From assembly GCA_965219085.1 (NCBI GenBank), contig OZ244720.1, forward strand, positions 1,995,429 through 2,059,428: a stretch of 64,000 nucleotides of DNA, in the 5' to 3' direction. The position numbers were made by a program, and so were the translations under genes. The stretch is from Dehalococcoidia bacterium. GTDB lineage: Bacteria > Chloroflexota > Dehalococcoidia > UBA2979. The notes beneath the pieces are model-generated. The model worked only from the letters and a program-made list of their open reading frames with translations, was not told where the DNA came from and made no database searches. Shown in pieces: positions 58,409 through 64,000 of this stretch. The first letter of the stretch is position 1. Every line of letters starts with the position of its first letter.

Positions 58409-59288
58409 GGTCGAGCACGTCGCGGACGACGTCGCCGAGCAGGTTGAAGCTCAGCACCGTGACGGCGATCGCGAGGCCGGGGAACAGCGCCAGCCACGGC
58501 GACGTCTCGATCGACTCACGGCCACGGCTCAGCATCAGGCCCCACGAGGCGTCGGGCGGCTGCGTGGCCAGGCCGAGGAAGCTGAGCGCGCCCTCGATCA
58601 GGATGGCCGAGCCGAACCCCGCCGAGACGAGGATGAGGATCGGCGCCACCACGTTGGGCAGGATGTGCTGCATCAGCACCCGCGTCGGACTCGCGCCGAT
58701 CGCTCGTGCCGCCTCGATGTAGGTGTTCTCCTTCACCGATAGCACGGCACTGCGCACCACGCGCGAGTTGTTCACCGCCACAATGAGGGCGATGGCAAGC
58801 ACTCCATTCGTCGTCGAGGGCCCGATCACGCTGACGATGGCCATTGCCAGCAGGATGGCCGGGAACGACTGGATGGCGTCCACAATACGCTGGACCAGCA
58901 GGTCGACCCAGCCGCCGGCGAACCCGGAGACCAGCCCGACGAACGCGCCGGCCAGGGTGCCGAACCCGACGGTCAGGAACCCCACGTACAGCGAGATCCG
59001 CGCGCCGTACATGACGCGCGTCAGGATGTCGCGGCCGATGCCGTCCGACCCGAGCCAGTGGCCATCGACGCCCGGCGCGACGAACTTCTCGCGCGAGATC
59101 GCCTGTGGGTCGAAGGGCGACACATAGGGCGCCGCCAGCGCGACCGCGATCAGGATCAGGATGATGAGCCCGGACCCCGCACCCACCGGAGTGCGTGCGA
59201 TCTTGATGGTCGCGTCTACCGCTGGGTGACGTTGCCTTGCGGCAAGGTCCTGGAAAGTAGTGTCTTCAACTTGCGCTGCTGAAGCCAT
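58386..59288 (-). CDS. peptide ABC transporter permease, DppC/OppC type
   Basis: 300 aa; paralog of 127..1044 (..DVVRDVLDPRLRGSR*). Confidence 0.85.
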   Translation of the reverse strand: MASAAQVEDTTFQDLAARQRHPAVDATIKIARTPVGAGSGLIILILIAVALAAPYVSPFDPQAISREKFVAPGVDGHWLGSDGIGRDILTRVMYGARISLYVGFLTVGFGTLAGAFVGLVSGFAGGWVDLLVQRIVDAIQSFPAILLAMAIVSVIGPSTTNGVLAIALIVAVNNSRVVRSAVLSVKENTYIEAARAIGASPTRVLMQHILPNVVAPILILVSAGFGSAILIEGALSFLGLATQPPDASWGLMLSRGRESIETSPWLALFPGLAIAVTVLSFNLLGDVVRDVLDPRLRGSR

Positions 59289-59325
59289 CGTTTGCTCCGC
59301 TCTCTACGCCTGTATGCGCCTGTGC

Positions 59326-60276
59326 CTACGAGTACCGGATCCGCGGGTCGATGATCGCGTACGACAGGTCGATCAGCAGGTTCGACGTGATGAACAGGAT
59401 GGCGGTGAAGAACACCACACCCTGCACCACCGGGTAGTCGCGCACCTGGATCGCCTCGAAGCCCAGCGTCCCCACGCCCGGCAGCGAGAACACGACCTCG
59501 ACGATGACGAGACCACCGAGGAGGAAGGTGAGCTGGCTGCCCATGATCGTGATCACGGGGATCAGCGCATTCCGCAGCGCGTGCTTGAGGATGATGACGC
59601 GCTCCATCAGCCCCTTCGCGCGGGCGGTGCGCACGTAGTCCTGTCGCAGCACCTCGAGCATCGCCGAGCGCGTCATGCGGGCGTTAATCGCGCTGGAGCG
59701 GTAGCCGACGATGAGCGCGGGGAAGATGAAGGCCTGCATGTTGGCCCACGGGTTCTCCCACGGCGGTGTGTAGCCGAAGTCTGGTAACCACCCGACCCAC
59801 ACGGACAGGATGTACAGGAGCATCGTCGCCAGGAAGAAGTCCGGGACGGATAACCCCGTGATGGAGAACATCCGTGCGGCGTAATCCATCCAGCTATCCT
59901 GTCTGATCGCGGATACGATGCCTAATGGGATGGCCGTCACCACCGCAACGAACATCGCCATCATCGCGAGTTGGATCGAGACGCGCGATCGCGTCACGAG
60001 CGTCTCCAGGACATCGCGGCCAGTCCACAGCGATACACCCATGTCGCCCCGGAGCACGCCGCTGACCCACTCGACGTATTGGACCGGGAAGCTCTTGTCG
60101 AGCCCCAGCTCCCTTCGCATCGCGTCGACGTCCTCCTGGGTGAGGTAGCCCGACTCGGAGAGCCGCGCCATGACGACGTCGCCGGGCTGCAGTCGTAGCA
60201 AGCCGGCGATGAGAATGGTCACGATGAGGAGCGAGGGCATCGCGACCACGAGCCTTCGTACGATGTAACGACCCAT
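59326..60276 (-). CDS. peptide ABC transporter permease, DppB/OppB type (copy 1)
   Basis: 316 aa, MGRYIVRRLVVAMPSLLIVT.. to ..LLIDLSYAIIDPRIRYS. Confidence 0.85.
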   Translation of the reverse strand: MGRYIVRRLVVAMPSLLIVTILIAGLLRLQPGDVVMARLSESGYLTQEDVDAMRRELGLDKSFPVQYVEWVSGVLRGDMGVSLWTGRDVLETLVTRSRVSIQLAMMAMFVAVVTAIPLGIVSAIRQDSWMDYAARMFSITGLSVPDFFLATMLLYILSVWVGWLPDFGYTPPWENPWANMQAFIFPALIVGYRSSAINARMTRSAMLEVLRQDYVRTARAKGLMERVIILKHALRNALIPVITIMGSQLTFLLGGLVIVEVVFSLPGVGTLGFEAIQVRDYPVVQGVVFFTAILFITSNLLIDLSYAIIDPRIRYS

Positions 60277-60556
60277 AGGTCAGAACCTTCCCCTGGTGCC
60301 CGCCCCGAAGCGACGGGACACCATCATAGGCGAGGCTGAATCATAGTGTGCAACCACGCCTCGCGTCTCCCTCATGTGTAGCGAATCCGGGGATCCATCG
60401 CCGCATACGACAAATCAATCACTCATGGCCGGCTCCATCACGGTCGGGCGCTCGTACTGGAGGTACGCTCGCGACCGAGCTTGGGATCCTCGTTCCTGTC
60501 TCCTGCGGCGAACCGGGCGCGCGCCGAGGGTGTCCCGGCGCGCGCCCCGTACCTGC

Positions 60557-61507
60557 CTACGAGTAGCGGATCCGCGGGTCGATCACCGCGTACGAGAGGT
60601 CGACCAGCAGGTTCGCACCGACGAACAGCAGCGCCGTGAACAGCACCACGCCCTGCACCATCGGGTAGTCGCGCACCTGGATCGCCTCGAACCCCAGCGT
60701 CCCCACGCCCGGCAGCGAGAACACCACCTCGATGATGACGAGGCCGCCGAGGAGGAAGCTGAGCTGGCTGCCCATGATCGTGATCACGGGGATGAGCGCG
60801 TTCCGCAGCGCGTGCTTGACGATGATCGCGCGCTCCATCAGTCCCTTGGACCGCGCGGTGCGCACGTAGTCCTGGCGCAGCACCTCGAGCATGGCCGAGC
60901 GCGTCATGCGCGCACTGATGGCGCTGAAGCGGTAGCCGACGATCAGCGACGGGAAAATGAACGCCTGCACGTTGGCCCACGGGTCTTCCCACGGCGGGAT
61001 GTATCCGAAGGCCGGCAGCCAGCCGACCCACACCGACAGCACGTAGAGCAGCATGGTGGCGAGGAAGAAGTCCGGGACGGACAGCCCCGTGATGGAGAAC
61101 ATCCTCGCCGCGTAGTCCATCCAGGTGTTCTGTTTCACTGCCGAGAGGATCCCGAGCGGGACCGCTGCCATCACCGCGACCGTCATTGCCATCACGGCGA
61201 GCTGCACCGAGACGCGTGAGCGCGTCGCGATGGTTTCCAGGACCTCCCGGCCGCTCCACAGCGATTCCCCGAGGTCGCCGCGCAGCACGCCGGCCATCCA
61301 CGAGGCGTACTGCTCCGGGAAGCTTCGGTCGAGCCCGAGTTCCTCGCGCATCTTCGCGATGTCCTCGGGAGTGGGGTAGCCGGCTTCTGCCAGTCGCGCC
61401 ATGACGACGTCGCCGGGCTGCAGCCGGATGAGGCCGGCGATGAGGATGGTGACGATGATCAGCGACGGTATCGCGATCAGCAGCCTGCGAATGATGTATC
61501 GACCCAT
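60557..61507 (-). CDS. peptide ABC transporter permease, DppB/OppB type (copy 2, tandem paralog about 85% identical to copy 1)
   Basis: MGRYIIRRLLIAIPSLIIVT.. to ..LLVDLSYAVIDPRIRYS; the ORF-track version 60557..61735 carries a 76-aa upstream run-on. Confidence 0.85.
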   Translation of the reverse strand: MGRYIIRRLLIAIPSLIIVTILIAGLIRLQPGDVVMARLAEAGYPTPEDIAKMREELGLDRSFPEQYASWMAGVLRGDLGESLWSGREVLETIATRSRVSVQLAVMAMTVAVMAAVPLGILSAVKQNTWMDYAARMFSITGLSVPDFFLATMLLYVLSVWVGWLPAFGYIPPWEDPWANVQAFIFPSLIVGYRFSAISARMTRSAMLEVLRQDYVRTARSKGLMERAIIVKHALRNALIPVITIMGSQLSFLLGGLVIIEVVFSLPGVGTLGFEAIQVRDYPMVQGVVLFTALLFVGANLLVDLSYAVIDPRIRYS

Positions 61508-61634
61508 GGTGAGGCCCCTATCCCGGGCGCCCGCGGCATCGGCGCCGCGCTCACGGCCGGCGCCTCGGCGGCGGTGCGTCCGTGCTCCCGGCGGGGCCGT
61601 CGGTCCCGCCGTCCCCGGCGACCTGTGCGCCGAG

Positions 61635-61676
61635 GGGAAAACGGGGACTCTAGCGATCTGGCACAATTTGTCAAGG
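61635..61676 (-). promoter_or_regulatory. promoter-like 41-bp element, proximal copy, reading toward dppB
   Basis: Minus-strand CTTGACAAATTGTGCCAGATCGCTAGAGTCCCCGTTTTCCC gives TTGACA (-35), 18-bp spacer, TAGAGT (-10); about 130 bp upstream of the dppB start. Confidence 0.5.
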
Positions 61677-61789
61677 CCCCTACGCGCTTGAGCAGATTCG
61701 AGGCGCGCTGAAACCGCGGCCGTGGATCGGGGCATCGATCCGGGCGTCCGCCGATCCCGTCCCGCGCGGGCGCCGAGGCGCCCTGCGGA

Positions 61790-61831
61790 GGGAAAACGGG
61801 GATTCTGACGATCTGGCAGGATTTGTCAAGC
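61790..61831 (-). promoter_or_regulatory. promoter-like 41-bp element, distal copy (about 85% identical, 155 bp upstream of the proximal copy)
   Basis: Minus-strand CTTGACAAATCCTGCCAGATCGTCAGAATCCCCGTTTTCCC. Confidence 0.45.
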
Positions 61832-61911
61832 TCTTGCCCGCCTCGCGCTCGCCGAGGAAGGCGTTGCAGCGCAAGGGATCGGCAGGGTTCGCCGGTGCTC
61901 GGAACCCCGTG

Positions 61912-63375
61912 CTACTCGGGCCAGACGTGCTGCGTGAACGCCCAGTCGAGCAGTGCGGCGGCCGCGCTGGCGCGCTCCGGGGCGCTCAGCAGCACCGCGA
62001 AGACGCGCCGGCCGTCGCGGGTCGCCGACGCCACGAGCGTGAGCCCGGCCTCCTCGGTGTAGCCCGTCTTCACGCCGTCGGCGTCGGCGTAGCTCGTGAG
62101 GAACGTATTGAGCGTGCGCATCCCGATCACGGTGGAGCCGGAGGTCGTCCACGAGTGCGAGCCGACGATCTCCGCGAACGCCGGCAGCGTCATCGCGTGG
62201 CGCGCCAGCATCGCGAGGTCGTACGCGCTGCTGTACTGCGCCTCGTCGTGCAGCCCGTGCGGGTTCGCGAAGTGCGTGTCGGCGAGCCCGAAGCGCTCGA
62301 CGAGCGCGTTCATCGACGCTACGAACGCCTCGTCGGAACCGGACAGGTGGCGGCCGATCGCCAGCGCCGCGTCGTTGCCCGAGCGCAGCATCAGCCCGTA
62401 CAGCAGGTCGAGGGTGGTGAAGCAGTCGCCGGCCACCAGGCCCATGAAGCTGCTGTCCTCGTCGAGGGTGCGGTAGTCGACATCCGTCCTGACCCAGGAG
62501 CCGAGGTCGCTGCCCTCGATGGCGAGGATGGCGGTGACGATCTTGGTGAGGCTCGCCTGCGGGAGCCGGGTCTGGGCGTTGTGGCCGTACAACACCGCGC
62601 CCGAGGCCGCGTCGACGACGATCGCACTGACCGCCTCGATCTCCGGTGCGGGCCCGCCGACGTGCAAGGGCGCCACAGCGGTAGAGGGCAGGGGCGGCAG
62701 GCCGGTGCTGGCGGGCGTGGCGGATCCGCCGCCGGCCGGAGGCGCCGTCACCGCGAGCAGCGCGGTGGGCGAGGGCATCCGTCCGCCGGGGAAGTGATCG
62801 TTCCACCGCTGGTTCACGAACGCCGGCGCGCCGACCACGTAGGGGATCCAGCGGCCCGCGTCGTTCATGACCCACAGCGACCGCAGCGTGACGTCGCGAG
62901 CGGCGGCCGCGTGGATGATCCCGGCGGCCGTGCCGCCGCCCCAAACGACGAGCGAAGGCCCGCCCTCGGCTCGCAGGTGGCCGAAGAGCCCGGGCGGGGT
63001 GGTTCGCGTGTCGCAGATCGGTTCGGGTTCGGTCGGCACGAGGTACAGGTCGGCCGCCCACCCGATGACCGAGTCGAGCCGGATCTGCTGCCACGTGTAG
63101 CCGTCCGCTTCGGCGACGCCGTCCAGCACGACCACGCTCGAGCCGTCCTCGGCGCAGGCGAGTTCCACGCCCTCGATCGTCGGCTCGGCGCGGATGCGCA
63201 GACAGTCGCCCGCCGTCTGGACGATCGCGGTCGAGCCCTGCTTGAGGCGGGCGGGGAGGGGCGAGCGAGCGTCGATGAGCGGCGCGGAGGCGGCGTGCGC
63301 GTCGGAGCGCGGCCCCGCGGCGAGCGGCGCGATCGCGAGCACGATCAGGGTCAGAGCAAGGACGAGGCGACTCAC
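61912..63375 (-). CDS. D-alanyl-D-alanine carboxypeptidase (S11 peptidase) with an N-terminal extension
   Basis: Signal peptide; SxxK motif (..QASLTKIVTAILA..), SGN (..MLRSGNDAAL..) and KTG (..GVKTGYT..) motifs. Confidence 0.8.
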   Translation of the reverse strand: MSRLVLALTLIVLAIAPLAAGPRSDAHAASAPLIDARSPLPARLKQGSTAIVQTAGDCLRIRAEPTIEGVELACAEDGSSVVVLDGVAEADGYTWQQIRLDSVIGWAADLYLVPTEPEPICDTRTTPPGLFGHLRAEGGPSLVVWGGGTAAGIIHAAAARDVTLRSLWVMNDAGRWIPYVVGAPAFVNQRWNDHFPGGRMPSPTALLAVTAPPAGGGSATPASTGLPPLPSTAVAPLHVGGPAPEIEAVSAIVVDAASGAVLYGHNAQTRLPQASLTKIVTAILAIEGSDLGSWVRTDVDYRTLDEDSSFMGLVAGDCFTTLDLLYGLMLRSGNDAALAIGRHLSGSDEAFVASMNALVERFGLADTHFANPHGLHDEAQYSSAYDLAMLARHAMTLPAFAEIVGSHSWTTSGSTVIGMRTLNTFLTSYADADGVKTGYTEEAGLTLVASATRDGRRVFAVLLSAPERASAAAALLDWAFTQHVWPE

Positions 63376-63494
63376 GCCGGAGCGTCTCCAACGAACTAAC
63401 CCCGCCGCGATCGAGGATACAGGATCGCCCGCTCGCGGTCGGCGCTTCGGCCGCGACGTTGCGGAACTCGCGCCGATCGGGTACCTGAGAGGCC

Positions 63495-64000
63495 ATGCTG
63501 GAATGGATCGGCGAGGCCATCGAGGACGGCGAGGTCCTCGAGCGGCGCTTCGACATCGTGCACGACGCGGGCGCCGGCGGAGCCGGGACCCGCGTGCCCG
63601 GCGTGCTCTGGACGCCCGCCGCGGCGCCCGGCCCCGTGCCGCTGGTCCTGCTCGGCCACGGCGGCGCCGGCCACAAGCGCGACGACAGCCGTCTCGACTA
63701 CGCCCACAGCTACGTCGCGAGCGGGCTCGCGGCGGCTGCCATCGACGGGCCGTTCCACGGCGACCGCGCGCCCGCGGAGCCCGGTGATCGGGCCTACGAC
63801 GAGGCCCTCGTGGACTCGATGGTCGCCGACTGGCGCGCGACCCTCGACGCGCTCACCGCGCTCGAGGAGATCGATGGCGACCGCGTCGCCTACGGCGGCG
63901 TCTCGATGGGGACGATGTTCGGGCTGCCGTTCCTCGTCGCCGACGGCCGCGTGGGCGCGGCCGTGCTCGGCCTCTGCGGGCTGCGCGGCGACGGCGAGGT
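63495..64000 (+). CDS. alpha/beta-hydrolase (dienelactone-hydrolase-like), 3' truncated by the window edge
   Basis: MLEWIGEAIEDGEVLERRFDIV..LVLLGHGGAGHKRDD..YGGVSMGTMFGLPFL..; no stop before the window end; not in the ORF track. Confidence 0.6.
   Translation, partial: MLEWIGEAIEDGEVLERRFDIVHDAGAGGAGTRVPGVLWTPAAAPGPVPLVLLGHGGAGHKRDDSRLDYAHSYVASGLAAAAIDGPFHGDRAPAEPGDRAYDEALVDSMVADWRATLDALTALEEIDGDRVAYGGVSMGTMFGLPFLVADGRVGAAVLGLCGLRGDGE

Noticed and set aside
63194-63787. 197-aa plus-strand ORF
   Set aside because: It is an Arg-rich alternative frame. The protein-like frame in this region is the alpha/beta-hydrolase starting at 63495.

Overview
This 64 kb window is high-GC (about 70%) and looks Actinobacteria-like: it carries an F420-type LLM oxidoreductase and a class II aldolase. 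It contains no rRNA, tRNA or CRISPR.

The content is mosaic.

(1) Both ends carry paralogous Dpp-type peptide ABC permease genes in inverted orientation. The right-hand copy also has a tandem dppB duplication.

(2) Positions 7.6-18.9 kb hold a NitT/TauT-family ABC transporter, a long arginase-family ureohydrolase and a complete urease operon (ureABC-FGD). I read this as a guanidine/urea nitrogen-scavenging locus in visible decay. The binding-protein gene is split by an IS3-family element whose inverted repeats and 4-bp target duplication can be read directly, and an IS1380-like element sits beside it. The urease genes carry an in-frame TAG plus several frameshifts.

(3) Housekeeping genes (fba, lepB, pyrE-like, ctaG-like) follow, some also frameshifted. 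Part of the indel load may therefore be sequencing error.

(4) A large catabolic region (24-28 kb and 41-52 kb) is rich in family-III CoA-transferases: five stand-alone genes and one natural 843-aa tandem fusion. It also has an SCP-x thiolase plus DUF35 pair, paired acyl-CoA dehydrogenases, an enoyl-CoA hydratase, an alpha-methylacyl-CoA racemase, a Baeyer-Villiger monooxygenase with an esterase, and an LLM oxidoreductase. This is a Bbs-like or steroid-side-chain-like beta-oxidation module for an unknown carboxylic acid.

(5) An accessory segment at 52-58.4 kb is the best candidate for something undescribed. It starts with a sharply lower-GC two-gene island encoding an unknown protein and a GHKL (Bergerat-fold) ATPase. 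An ATL-type alkyltransferase-like gene, a NucS/DUF91 PD-(D/E)xK nuclease and a Fic (SoFic-like) gene follow. The Fic gene is flanked by 85-bp direct repeats that duplicate the 3' end and terminator of the adjacent dppC.

Sulfate assimilation genes (sirA, cysH), a two-component system, MFS transporters and miscellaneous enzymes fill the rest.
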